Assembly: GCA_951406725.2 (NCBI GenBank)
Contig: OX597831.1
Coordinates: 49,538,001 to 49,602,000 of the forward strand
DNA: 64,000 nucleotides
Direction of reading: 5' to 3'
Source of the DNA: Octopus vulgaris
Taxonomy: Eukaryota
Every line of letters starts with the position of its first letter. Within the stretch, counting starts at the first letter, position 1. The notes beneath the pieces are model-generated. The model saw only the letters and a list, made by a program, of their open reading frames with translations. It did not search any database and was not told where the DNA came from. This document shows, one piece after another, positions 43,791-58,236 of the stretch. The position numbers and the translations under genes were made by a program.

Positions 43791-44093
43791 ATTGAAGAAA
43801 TGTGAGTCAACAAGAAAGGGTACGGTTGGCCAATTTATATTTTAATCTCCACAGTTGTTTCGACGCAAAGTAGTTCTCCAGGTCGAAACAATTGTAGTGA
43901 TTAAAAAAATAAATGTTCAACCTTACACCTTCTTGCTGACTCCAATTTCTTCAATTACCTGTCCACACAAGGTAGATACCCAAACGCAATCTGGACGTAC
44001 GTATAATACTACTACTGGGAAGCAGAGGGCAAATGTCAAATCTGTAAGAGGAATCTATACTTTACTCCACTACGGTCTTTACAGAATATACCA

Positions 44094-44198
<105 letters not shown>

Positions 44199-44225
44199 GC
44201 GTATATATATATATATATACATACA

Positions 44226-44633
44226 TCTAAAATATAAATTGGACACGGGCGATCGTTGTATTCTTTCTTGTCTTGAGGTTCACAGCCAAACTGCTGGGTG
44301 AATTCGCATGAAAAATGGCACACATGTTGGGACGGGTGCACAGATTGGAATGCAGTTTGTATTTTTTCCCTACCCCCCCATACTGACCGAGGAAATCGAT
44401 TAAAATTTTTCTAATAGAATTTCCCTCTTTCTTCTGCCATTAAAACAACCAGTTGCTTAGAAGCTGTTTTCTGACGGGGTGGGGTCAGGAAATTTTCCTA
44501 TAGTTGGAGGCTTCAATCGTAACAGGGGACCCGAAATGATAAGGTTTACAAACGCTGTTATAGATTATACCTAACCGAAAACGATCACAGCCACATCATC
44601 CAAATAGACCTAGTGAAACCGGGCTTAGCTACT

Positions 44634-44635
<2 letters not shown>
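44226..44635 (+). mobile_element. Possible non-autonomous Helitron-like element
   Basis: Starts A|TCTAAAATATAAA and ends with imperfect hairpin CCTAGTGAAACCGGG then CTAG|T. Confidence 0.5.
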
Positions 44636-44729
<94 letters not shown>

Positions 44730-45043
44730 TGTAATATCACTTTCAACTACCTTGAATTAAATAACATGCTCATACACCATTGGTTTAACAAAAGTTTCCT
44801 GGACGGTTGAAAATTCCCACCCTAGTGGTTTGAAAAGCAAAATTTCCATAAAGTGTTCGTAACATGTTACACGAAAGCATTTAGATTGAGGTCAGATACA
44901 ATTAAGTGTCCTGCTTTCAAATGTGATTTAAAATCTACCGTCATACAACGACTGCTGAATTATGATCTTGTGGCCTGGTATATACACCATTATAGGAGTA
45001 ATTGATTTCGACACATTGTAATAACACTCACACAGTCACACAG

Positions 45044-45103
<60 letters not shown>

Positions 45104-45310
45104 CCACAGATAGAGGCAGGCACGCATGCAATCGCAGGCACAATCACAGTTGTTGATAACTGACATACATACATATATGAGTTTTTGTAAGTATACATGC
45201 ATATCCTCACATACGCATACACATATACACATATCTGTGCATATAACACTAAATTAGGGGTGCGACTTATACACCACTAGATAGAAAATACAAACACACA
45301 GACGTATCTG

Positions 45311-45368
<58 letters not shown>

Positions 45369-45495
45369 AACAGGGCAAAAGAAAAAATTATTTCTATGCC
45401 AATATGCTGATAACAGACTTTAAATCGTCAATTTCCACCTTTTGATGAAATTTTTTCTGAAAATTTTTTTATCCTTTATTATTAGTAGTAGTACA

Positions 45496-45540
<45 letters not shown>

Positions 45541-45549
<9 letters not shown>

Positions 45550-45762
45550 ATGTGTTTGTGTGTCTGTGTTTGTCCCCCTAGCATTGCTTGACAACTGGTG
45601 CTGGTGTGTTTACGTCCCCGTTACTTAGCGGTTCGGCAAAAGAGACCGATAGAATAAGTACTGGGCTTACAAAGAATAAGTCCCGGGGTCGATTTGCTCG
45701 ACTAAAGGCGGCGCTCCAGCATGGCTACAGTCAAATGACTGAAACATGTAAAAGAGTAAAAG
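45541..45762 (+). mobile_element. SINE family A, 3' half only
   Basis: Begins at the internal TA/TG tract and has an intact tail. Confidence 0.9.
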
Positions 45763-46290
45763 ATATATATATATATATATATATGATTTGGAGGTTGGCT
45801 TTGCAGTCATGATTCCGAGGGTTTGATTGCAGTAGGTGTTTTCTGCAAATCACATGCGATTACGAAATCCCTCACCGTAACAAATGGTTTGTGATGTAAA
45901 TAGATAGAAAGTGTCCGTAAACAAGCCTGTGGGATGGATTGAACCTGCAATTCAAACGTCCAATCTTCTCACACGCTCCAAGATGTTGATTCACTATAAT
46001 AGTTACGTTAAGGGTACACGTGTCCGTAGAAACATTCAGCCACTTCCCACGTCCATTCATGAAATAAGGCACACCGTTTATCAATCAACTGAATGAAACT
46101 CATTGAAGTCTACGGACGATACAATATGCACAGAGGAACACACAGGCACGCACACGCAAATGCACACACACACACACACACACACACGCACGCAAATTAA
46201 CACACGCACGCAGACGTGTATAAGTAAATGTGTATATGCATTTGTATGCATGTATGTTGATAAATATATATGTACATGCAAACACACACG

Positions 46291-46342
<52 letters not shown>

Positions 46343-46396
46343 AAAAGGAAAGAAGAGAGAGAGTGAATGAGAGAGCGAGATAGTTAATATGGTATG

Positions 46397-46456
<60 letters not shown>

Positions 46457-46623
46457 TAGATATATCTATACATATACATATATATCTATATACATATACA
46501 TATATATACATATATGTATATATATATATAATTATATATACACATACACACATACATATATATGTACATATGCATATATATACATAAATACATATATACA
46601 CACACACACATATATATATATAT

Positions 46624-46684
<61 letters not shown>

Positions 46685-47119
46685 CATATATATATGTACA
46701 TGTGCTTATATTTATACATATATGAGTACACACATCCATACATACTACATACATAATACATACATACATGTCCATATATATATATATGCATATACATGCA
46801 TAAGTGTATGCGCATGCATATGTGTGTGTGCGCGCGCATGTTTCAATCGTGCAACGCATACTTGACTTGAAACGAACAGATTGATGTTTGAGTGAATGCC
46901 GATGTGCCGATATAGTCTTTGTAGCTTGAAATTTCGGTAAGGAATAAAAGTGTAGTACACTTAAAGATTTTAAATAAATTTTAAAACAACTTTATGAATT
47001 ATAAATATATATTGCCGTATGAAAAACATGGATGTATACATCTGGGTGTGTCTGTAAACTATAAATATATAAAAGAGTAAAGACCCCCCACCCTTTCCTA
47101 ACACACACTTTTTTCATAA

Positions 47120-47668
47120 ATGAGTATGAGTTTGCTCTTAGAAGTTTTTTCCTCCGCGGCAGAAGTCTGGAAGACTATCAGTCGCCCTTGCATGCCGGTA
47201 TCCCCTCTCTACGCCACCTCTGTTATCCGAGGGTAAGTTAAAGACCGATGCAGCCCGGCACCAGTGACGCTGCAACTCATTTCTACAGCTGGGTGAACAG
47301 GAGCAACGTGAAATCAAATGTCTTGCTCAAGAATGCAACACACACACACAGATCGGTCCGGGAACGAAATTCACTTTCTCGGTGCTTGGAAGGCCGACGC
47401 TCTAACCACTGAGCCATGCGCCTTCACATATATGTATATACGCCACCTCTGTTATCCGAGGGTAAGTTAAAGACCGATGCAGCTCGGCACCAGTGACGCT
47501 GCAACTCATTTCTACAGCTGGGTGAACAGGAGCAACGTGAAATCAAATGTCTTGCTCAAGAATGCAACACACACACACAGATCGGTCCGGGAACCAAATT
47601 CACTTTCTCGGTGCTTGTGAGGCCGACGCTCTAACCACTGAGCAATGCGCCTTCACATATATGTATAT
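47120..47668 (-). mobile_element. SINE family B, tail type 3, with a 229-bp tandem duplication
   Basis: Unit CGCCACCTCTGTTATCCGAG...CCTTCACATATATGTATA at 47212 and 47441. Minus-strand head GGCGCATGGCTCAGTGGTTAG and family B core. Confidence 0.88.
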
Positions 47669-48035
47669 GCGTGTGTGTGTGTGTTACATATTTAGCGTGT
47701 ATATATATATTTGGTGAGTTGTTTGTATAATGGCTTTATTCAATAATAAACAACGATCGAAGTATGCAAACTATTTTCCCTCTGCCAATCGTAATTGAAT
47801 GTTCCAATCGTTATGTTTACATTTGACGATGTAATGTTGATTTACCTGCAATTAGCTATTACATTAAAAAGGCATATATGACACAGATGTATGAAGTTAT
47901 CCACCCGGCACCAAAAGCGTAGACATAAACATTGATAAACAGACAAGCATAAATACATACACAGTCATCCACACCCACGCACACGTACACACATAGATAC
48001 AAATATATTCATACTCAGTGTTAGCTTAAAAATAA

Positions 48036-48077
<42 letters not shown>

Positions 48078-48290
48078 ATGTATATATATATATATTTATA
48101 TATATATATATATGTATGTATATATATATACATACATATATATATATATATTTATGCATACGCATATATATTCATATATATGTATATATATATGTATATA
48201 TGTATATATATAAATATATATATATGTATATAGATATATGTATATATGTATATACATAAATAAATATATATATGTATACATATATATGTA

Positions 48291-48340
<50 letters not shown>

Positions 48341-48428
48341 ATTATATGTATATGTATATATATATAAATAATTACACAAGTTACACGTAACTTTTTACGA
48401 GATTCCTACGTTGTGTTTAACTGCCGTT

Positions 48429-48476
<48 letters not shown>

Positions 48477-48574
48477 TGTGTGTGTACACAAACACATACC
48501 GACATATCATATCACTTACATGTATATCTAAGAGCGTATACATATGCGACTGCACACACACACATACACATACG

Positions 48575-48621
<47 letters not shown>

Positions 48622-48672
48622 TCACACACACACATACACACACACACATACATACATACATACATACATACA

Positions 48673-48704
<32 letters not shown>

Positions 48705-49571
48705 GTTGAAATTTATACAAAAGGATGTACGTATGTGTGGTGCATATATGTACATATATATTTAAATGTGTACCTATATATTTATATATGTACATATAGA
48801 AGAACCAATTGAGTAGGTTTGACGCAATTCGCCCGTACGTGGGCAGCCTGATCAAGTAAATTACTGTACAATCATTATAATCAAACGGAACAAAAGAAGT
48901 TTAACAAAGAACATAAAGTGAAACTGTACGCAATATTGAAGAGAGCAACTTACCTCGTTGTTCCGTTTAAAAGTTATATAGTGTCAGTATAGGATATCAA
49001 TGGTACTCATTAACAGTCATGTTGTTGGATGATGGTGCTATTGTCGGCGGTGATGATGACGACAACGAATAAGAAGTAGCATACGATAATGATGATGATG
49101 GCGAAGATATTATTAATATTATTAATATTATTAATATTATTAATATTATTAATATTATTAATAATATTAATGACAAAATAATATCGGTAATATTAATTTA
49201 TCATATAATATATATATAATAAAATGAATATTTTTTATTATTAATATGATGATATTAATAATGAAAAAATATATATAGAGAGACCAATTAGTTTCAATAT
49301 AAATCCAATTTTTTTTTTATGTTGGCTATTAGCGTTCTGTTTGTGTTTTTACGTTATGTGTTCAGTTTTATTATTATTATTTGTTGTTGTTTTTTTCTTT
49401 TCCGTTTTGTTTTTGTTTTGTTTTGTTTGTTTTTGCTACCTCCGAACACACGAGTGTGTTCTGTGTTTGATGGAAAGCACAAAACTAAGACTGGATCACA
49501 AAATGCATGCGGTTTATTTATATACGTTCGCAAGCTAAAATTCCACGCACATGTTCTTGCGTATACAGCGG

Positions 49572-49639
<68 letters not shown>

Positions 49640-49912
49640 GTATGTATATATATGTACGTTTGTATTATATATATATGTATGTACGTATGTATGTATGTGT
49701 GTTTATGTATGTATATATATATATATATATATATGTTTGTATGAATGTATATATATATGTATATATATATATATGTGTGTGTGTATGAATGTATATATAT
49801 ATATGTGTGTGTGTGTGTGAGTGTGTACGTATATATGTATGTACGTGTAAGTATGTTTATGGGTGTGTATGTATTATTCTATCTATGTATTGTTTATGTA
49901 TATAAATGTATG

Positions 49913-50022
<110 letters not shown>

Positions 50023-50355
50023 TAGGTAGATGAGTAAGTAATATATTTAACTGCAAATATTGCTGTCCGCCAGTGTTGAAATTTCGTGTATATTTGTCAA
50101 GTGCGTGTATGTGTGCGTGTGTGAGTGCGTGCGTGCACGCGTGCGCTCGTGCCTGTCAATGTGTGTGTGTGAGTGTATCTGTGTGTCTGTGTGTCTGTGT
50201 GCGTGTATGGCGTATGTGTGTGTGTGTGTCTGTGAATTTATATTTTCTATACGTTCCTTCTAATGTAATATCAATACAAAATATTAAATTCTTAAACTTC
50301 GATAATTGTTGCTGTTGAGTTACTGTACAGGTCCAGTACACACATTCACACACAC

Positions 50356-50386
<31 letters not shown>

Positions 50387-50934
50387 AAGGTGTGTGTGTT
50401 TGTGTGTGTGTGTAACAGACACTTGTTAAGAATATGATTTGAGTATCTGTTTGCGTTGCTTTATTTCCTACACTAGTTTGCTTTTATAAGTTAGTAAAGT
50501 TAGTTAAGGTGCGATATGTAATGTCCGTTACCGGTAGAGGGTTATCACATAAGTGTGGACAATGCAACCAAAGTTCAAATTTAGTTTCATATCCAGTAAA
50601 TATCCCAGTAACTTTTGGGGATGCTATTATACCATATCATATTATACAAATACACATGTTTGTGTGTGTACGTGTAACCTTAACCCTAACCCTAAACCTA
50701 AATATATATATATAGATATAGATAAATAGTTAATAAGATAGACTGACAAATATATATGTATAATTATATCAAAATATATGTATGTATAATAAAGATAGAT
50801 AAATAGTTAATCAGATAGACAAGTATATATATAAATAAATATATACATATATATATATGAAGAGGGGGGAGAGAGAAAGGGGAGAAAGGAGAGACAAAGA
50901 AATAGAGGGATTAAGATAGATAGATAGATAAATT

Positions 50935-51000
<66 letters not shown>

Positions 51001-51195
51001 GATAGAGAGAAAGAGACAACAACAGTATGATAATGATTAGGTTGGTGATAGGTTTTAAATTAGTATCATAACGATGTCCGTTGTTATTAGTTATGCTTCA
51101 AATAGTTGCTTCTATACTTTTTGGTACTGTTTTTCGACTTCAAAAGCTATATATTATAAACAATGTAATTTATGTATGTAGCTACGTATGTATGA

Positions 51196-51287
<92 letters not shown>

Positions 51288-51511
51288 TGTATGTATGTAT
51301 GTATGTACGTTTATGTATATGGGTGTATGCTGTTTGTATGAAAATTTTGTATACGTGGGATCATGTATCAATCTATATCGTTTTTGTTTTGGGGTATGTC
51401 CTTTTTTTTTTATCGATTATTACATATACATATACATGCTCGTATATACATATAGAAGCGAATATTTTCCATCCCTCGTGTGTCCTCTCTTTTTGTCTGT
51501 ATGCTAGTGTA

Positions 51512-51592
<81 letters not shown>

Positions 51593-51597
51593 GTCTG

Positions 51598-51656
<59 letters not shown>

Positions 51657-51793
51657 GTCTATCTGTCTATCTATGTATATATATATATATATCTCTATCT
51701 CTCACTCTATCTATCAATCTACCTACCTATCTATCTATGTATTTATCTATTTATCTATCTATCTCTCTGTCTATCTATCTTTTTATCTGTCTG

Positions 51794-51842
<49 letters not shown>

Positions 51843-51863
51843 ATGTCTGTCTATCTGTCTATC

Positions 51864-51900
<37 letters not shown>

Positions 51901-51989
51901 ATCTCTCACTCTATGTATCAATCTACCTACCTATCTATCTATGTATTTATCTATTTATCTATATATCTCTCTGTCTATCTATCTTTTTA

Positions 51990-52034
<45 letters not shown>

Positions 52035-52641
52035 ATCTATCAATCTATCTATCCGTATGTGTATGTATATATGTGTGTGTGTGTCTGTGTGTGTGTGTGT
52101 ATAGGTATCAAGTGCACGGCAATATGTATGTATGTATGTATGTATATATATCTGTATATATATGTATGCAGAGCGTGTGTATGTGTTTGTGTGTGCGTGT
52201 TAATTTAAATACAGAAGCATTACACTGCCACGCAGCCGTATTCCGATATTTGAACGGGAGATCGTGTACATGCTTTACTACAGTTCTTTCTGTTGTTGTT
52301 TTTGTTGTTGTTGCTGCTGCTGTTGTCGCTGTTACTGCTGGCGTCGCTATCGCTGCTGTTGCTGCTGTTGCTGCTGCAGTTGCTGCTGCTGCTACTACTA
52401 CCACTGTTGATCTTGCTAACTTCTGTGCTTCTGTTGCTGCTAGTGTTTGCTGACTCTCTCTCTCTTTTTCTCTTTCTCTTTCTCTCACTCTCTCTGTTTC
52501 TCTCTCTCTCTTTCTCTCTTTTTCTCTTTCTCTTTCTCTCACTCTCTCTGTTTCTCTCTCTCTCTCTCTCTCTCTCACTCTCTCTCTCTCTCTCTCCCTC
52601 TCGCTCGCTCTCATTTGTCTGTCCTACTCTTTCTCTTTCTT

Positions 52642-52672
<31 letters not shown>

Positions 52673-52888
52673 AATGTACTTTTTCTGTTTAAAGTGATGA
52701 ATGATAAAACGGAATGAAAAAAAGAAACAAAAACAAACCAAAAAAAAAAAGAAATCAAAAGTTCTTTCAGACACAACAACTGAAGAAAAAAAAAAGGAAA
52801 ACAATAACGATAGCAACAACAACAACAACAACACCAAGAATATTAGCAACTACAGAAGTGGCAAAAAAGAATGTCTTTGAAATTTAGA

Positions 52889-52949
<61 letters not shown>

Positions 52950-53428
52950 TCATGATGATGATGATGGGAGTGATGATGATGATGAACGACGGGGACGAAT
53001 GGTGGTGATGATGATGATAATGATGGTCATGATGATGATGATAATAATGATGGTCATGATGATGATGATGTTGATGGGAGTGATGATGATGATGATGGGA
53101 GTGATGATGATGATGATGGGAGTGATGATGATGATGGGAGTGATGATGATGATGAACGACGACGACGATGACGATGATGATGATGATGATGATGATGATG
53201 GTGATTATGATGATGATGAAGATGATGATGGGAGTGATGATGATGAATGACGGGGACGAATGGTGATGATGACGATGATGATGATGATGATAATGATGAT
53301 GGTGATTATGATGATGGTGATGATGATGATGAAGATGATGATGGGATGATGATGATGATGGGTGATGATGATGATGATGATGGGTGATGATGATGATGAA
53401 GATGATGATGAATGACGGGGACGAATAG

Positions 53429-53501
<73 letters not shown>

Positions 53502-53609
53502 AAGGCTGTTATTGATGACGATTATGATAATGATCATGATGATGATCATGATGTTGATGATGATGACGTTTGATGATGATTGATGATGATAGTGATGACG
53601 ATGATGATA

Positions 53610-53682
<73 letters not shown>

Positions 53683-54096
53683 CGATGATCACGATGATGA
53701 TGAAGAAATATAATATTACCCTTAATACCACCACCACCACCACCAACACCACCACCACCACCACCACCACCAACACCATCACAACCACAACCACAACCAC
53801 CACCACCACCACAACCGCCGCCACCACAATCACTACCACAACAATAACCACCCCGCCAGCCTTCAATTACTACAACAAAATTACTATAATTACTACACGA
53901 TTCTAGCACAATTACCACAACAAAAGTCCCCGGCCCCACCCCGGCCCCAAGTCCCCGGCCCCACCCCGGCCCCACCCCTCACCAGCACCACCATAACCAC
54001 CATCGCCGCCACCGCCGCCGCCACCACCACCATCACCACCACCACCACCACCATCACCACCACCACCACCACCACCACCAACAACAACAACACCAC
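52889..54096. repeat. Long (GAT)n tract followed by an (ACC/AAC)n tract with a C-rich insert
   Basis: Direct reading. Source of the spurious poly-M/D/H/G ORFs. Confidence 0.97.
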
Positions 54097-54097
54097 A

Positions 54098-54430
54098 AGT
54101 GCGTAACTGGTATTTAATTTATCGATCCTGAAAGTCGACCTCGGCGGAATTTGAACTCAGAACGGGCAGACGGACTAAATGCTGCTAAACATTTAGCCCG
54201 GCGTGCTAACCATTCTGCCAACTCGTCGCCGCCTTATTGGATAACGGTTTCAAATTTTCGTACAAGGCCAGCAATTCCGGGGGAGGGGATAAGTCGATTA
54301 TACCGACCTTTGTAATCAACTGTCACTTATTTTATCGATCTCAAAAGGATGAACGGCACAGTCTACCCCTACGGAATTTAAACTCAGAACGTAGCCTGGC
54401 ATGGTAACGGTTCTATCAGCTCGCCACCTT
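54098..54430 (-). mobile_element. Two adjacent SINE C copies (54098-54235 and 54248-54430)
   Basis: GTCGACCTCGGCGGAATTTGAACTCAGAACG motif and head complement CTCG(T/C)C in both. Confidence 0.78.
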
Positions 54431-54718
54431 ACATTGACACAGTAATAATAATAATTCATAACTATGAACCCATTGTAGTAACATAACAAATATTTTGATA
54501 AGGTTCGTTTTTTCAAGAACATGGATTCTATTGAGACCAGTAAGAAACGATTATGAACTTCTCCATTACACTTTTTATAATATTTTTGATAAGGTTCGTT
54601 TTTTCAAGAACCGAAACATGTAAAATTCATAGGAAAATTAAAATTTATCTAATATAGTGGCGTTTTCAAACTTTTTTTTTTACAAATATATACCCACTCG
54701 TATACGATCTACTCTTAT

Positions 54719-54765
<47 letters not shown>

Positions 54766-55352
54766 ACGTGCCGCTTAGGTAGTGAAGGTAGGCAGTGCCT
54801 ACCTTGAATAAAATAGATCGATAGCAACATATTCCTTTTATGGCAAAATATGTACTCAGTTCAATAAAATTATGAAGGTTACTCTGATAACTGCGCATAA
54901 AATGCAAATTATTTAATATTTTTGTAGATTAGGTAGGCTTGATTCGCTTCTGACTTTCAATCTCAGTATTAAAGCTACTTATAGAACTGCTGTAGCACAC
55001 TTGCTGTGTACACTCCTAAAACACCGTTTTCTTTATGTGCTATAAAGGCAGAAGTAAATCTGCCTTCAATTCAGTCGCGCACCTGTGTTTCGTTTATTTT
55101 TGTGTGTTTTTACTACATAAAGTCACCGACTGCCTAGCCCGAGTAACTGAGTAATTACTGACGGCACGTGTCTGATATATATATATATATATTTAAGTAG
55201 TTGAATGAATTATCTTAGTATGGATAATTCGGTTAACCGATACCTGGGTAGCAAATTCACGTCAGAAAAACACGGTTGAAGCTACATGCCAAGGGCAGAG
55301 ATCACGTGCTATCGTGTGGAAATTTGTGTGTTTTTTTAATATAAATAAATGA

Positions 55353-55593
55353 AAGAATGGAGTTGAACGACGATTTAACAAAATTCCTTTATTCTCGACA
55401 TATGTTTCGAAGGCTGCATATTCCTAAGAATCTAAGAGCTTTTGTTCATCTTGATGCTGACACAAGTTCCTTGTTTTTCCTGATGAGAAGGCGGCATAAT
55501 GCACCCCTTATTCCTTCGAAATTAGGAACATGCAGCCTTCGAAACATATGTCGAGAATAAAGGAATTTTGTTAAATCGTCGTTCAACTCCATT

Positions 55594-55596
<3 letters not shown>
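55353..55596. repeat. Near-perfect 75-bp inverted repeat next to (TA)n
   Basis: Arms 55353-55427 and 55522-55596 differ at one position. Confidence 0.95.
55464..55568 (+). ncRNA. Type-I hammerhead ribozyme, best-preserved copy
   Basis: AAGTTCCTTGTTTTTC-CTGATGA-GAAGGCGGCAT...ATGCAGCCTTC-GAAA-CATATG-TC-GAGAATAAAGGAATTT: intact core, long stem II, stem I with internal loop, GUC triplet at 55550-55552. Confidence 0.8.
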
Positions 55597-55660
<64 letters not shown>

Positions 55661-55805
55661 GTATTAAATTTATTTTAGTATGCTTGAAGCATCATATATA
55701 GAATATAATGTTGAAAGATTTAAAAGGCCAAACAATGCAAATAGATTTTAAGATGAGGTAACGTAAACTAAAAGTAAGTTACCTGGTAATCTTTGGTCGT
55801 ATATG

Positions 55806-55847
55806 TATCCATTATTTCGGGACATACAAGTCCCTTCTTCAGGGTTA
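55806..55847 (-). ncRNA. Minimal hammerhead motif downstream of a Penelope GIY-YIG relic
   Basis: Minus strand TAACC-CTGAAGA-A-GGGAC(TTGTAT)GTCCC-GAAA-TAAT-GGATA. Stem III / UH site is mutated. Confidence 0.55.
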
Positions 55848-55989
55848 AGAAGTAGCTGTCCATGGCTAGATGTTTCTTGTCGGAGATAAAATAATTTTAT
55901 GATTATATTTGAATTTTCAAGCGTTTCACTTCTTCGTGAATGTTAGTGACGTCAATTATTAACTTATCGCTCCACAAATCAGTTTTCAT

Positions 55990-56710
55990 TACCTCTTTTC
56001 TAATATGTAGCAAATGTACCCGTGCGTGTATGTCATGTTATGTATTGCGTGCCCAGCTCCAATCTATCATTTACTTGTGGGTTTAAGTTATAGATAATCA
56101 AAACTTCCTTAATTCTTAAGTTGCCGAGATTTCTATCATTGGCTTCAATAGTAACTTTAATTTGTTGGTATTTTTAACTTTATCAATATGCTTTTTGAAG
56201 GAGGATGCGCCGAGTATGCAAAGTTCGAGTTGTGCTGCCTTTATAAAACGCCTTACATTTGTTGCATTCTATTCGGTATACTACATGTGTCCGCTGGCAA
56301 ACACCTGTATCGCGGATAGGGACAGTTAGTTAATGAGCATTGATTGTTGTCTCTAGATTGCATTTTATTAAGGTATCCGCAGCAGAGAGTGGCCGGAATG
56401 TGCTAATTGTATGTCCAGTCCTTCGTTGCGTATGGCTCAACGAATTGCTGTAGTTATGCTTTCATTGAAATGTGATAATTTCATGACGCAGGTTTTAGAG
56501 TAGGTCTTATGTCTAGAGAAAACGATCAATGCTCATTAACTAACTGTCCGATCTGCGATATAGGTATGTGCCACCGGACACATGTAGTATACCGAATAGA
56601 AATGTAAGACGATTTATATAGGAAGCACAACTCGATCTTTGCTTACTCGTATTGAGGAACATCTCAACACGCGCATCCTCATTCGAAAACCACATTATCC
56701 AAGATACCCT
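55990..56710. mobile_element. Penelope-like GIY-YIG endonuclease relics in inverted arrangement
   Basis: Minus about 56040-56350: HVVYRIECNKCKAFYKGSTTRTLHTR...RIKEVLIIYNLNPQVN. Plus about 56520-56700: CPICDIGMCHRTHVVYRIE..YIGSTTRSLLTRIEEH. Confidence 0.82.
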
Positions 56711-57670
56711 AGTTTAATAATTTGTATTTTGAAGAGATATTTCTTCAATAAATATATTATAGAACATAAAATATTATTAATAAGTTTGAAAATGGAGAGA
56801 TTCAATGGATATAAATTACTTTATTAATGAATTAACGTTGCCTACAATTGTTTCACTTCACACCCAAATTAGATTACAAAACATATATAATAAGTTTGCA
56901 TTTTGAGTATCCTGGGTGGAAGATCTTCAGGGCAAAATGGACATTACAGAATTTACATTTCGATTAGTCAAAATACTCCAACAGACTAAGCAAATGAAAG
57001 TGTGTTCATTGTGTGTATGTGTGTGTGTGTGTGCGCGCATGCGTTAATATTTTAATTTTCATGTAAATACAATAATAATAATGATGAATTAAACTATATA
57101 AGAATAAAAATAAAGTATAAAAATAAAGATTAATAATAAATAATGAAAATAATGAAATATATTAATAACAAACATAAATTTAAATATAAATGAAATAAAA
57201 GTTTTTTTTTACAAAACATGAATGTCTATGGTCCATTTTAGTTTATATATAAGCGTTTGTTCGTGTGTTTATACGTGTGCTCGTATGCATATACACGTAT
57301 GTTTATTGCCTCGTTAATTTTTGTGTACGTATGTGTGTGTATGTGTGTCGATATAAGGTTATTGAATACAAGTATGAATGTCATAGTTTATGCATGAGTG
57401 TGCGCCTGTCTGCGTTTATAGATCATTACTGCTTAAGTTGTTTTATTAGTACGTAAGTGTGTATGTATATTAGTAAAACGTTATCGAATCTTTCTATAAC
57501 AATATATGTATTTATAGATATGGAAATTCATAGCCCATTTCAGTTTATGTATGATTGTTTATGTCTGTGTGTGTGTATATAGATGTTTACTGTCTAAGTT
57601 GATTTATGTGTGCGTAAGTGTGTATGTATGTTAGTAACGTGTTATGAAGTCAAATCAGTTTGTTAATATA

Positions 57671-58236
57671 CTGGGTTGTCCGGAAAGTTCGTGCCGATTT
57701 ATAGTAGCTTACCTGTCGACTTATTTTGGAACATGGTTGAGTTCATAAAATAGGATTTGACTACACTTCCATTTAGAGCACAGTTTAAGCTATCTTTTCG
57801 TGGAAGAAGGTTTATGTTTCTATAACCTGTGTTAATTCTGTAACCCTTTAAAACGGAAGATAAGAAAGTTCATTTTCGGCACTTGATGCTTTGGGAACAA
57901 GACAAAACTTGCTGCAGCAAGGCTGGGATGTGTTACCCAACACTCCATATTCACAAGATATTGCTCCTTCGGATTTCCACTTATTCAGGTCTCTGCAGAA
58001 TAGTCTTAATGGTAAAAATTTCAATTCCTTGGATAACGTAAAAAGATACCTTGATGAATTCTTTGCCATGAAATCAAATCAATTCTGGGAAGAGAGTATA
58101 TTCAAGTTAAAGGAAAGATGGAGACGCATTGCGCAACAAAATGGTTCATATTTGGTTGATTAAAAATGTAATGGCAAGTATTTATTGACCTTTTTCTTTC
58201 CTTTAAAAATCGGCACGAACTTTCCGGACAACCCAA
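57671..58236 (+). mobile_element. Internally deleted mariner element (566 bp)
   Basis: TIRs CTGGGTTGTCCGGAAAGTTCGTGCCGATTT / AAATCGGCACGAACTTTCCGGACAACCCAA, TA TSD, GWDVLP.TPYSQDIAPSDFHLF. Confidence 0.95.

Noticed and set aside
50674-50700. Telomeric CCCTAA repeats
   Set aside because: Only about four imperfect units, too short to call an interstitial telomere.
51188-52849. 421-aa and overlapping ORFs with an Ala/Val-rich end
   Set aside because: A chain of TATC, GCT and CT microsatellites.
53205-53975. Gly/His-rich 256-aa ORF resembling a beak or cuticle protein
   Set aside because: Built from ACC and GAT repeats. No ATG start, signal peptide or splice support is visible.
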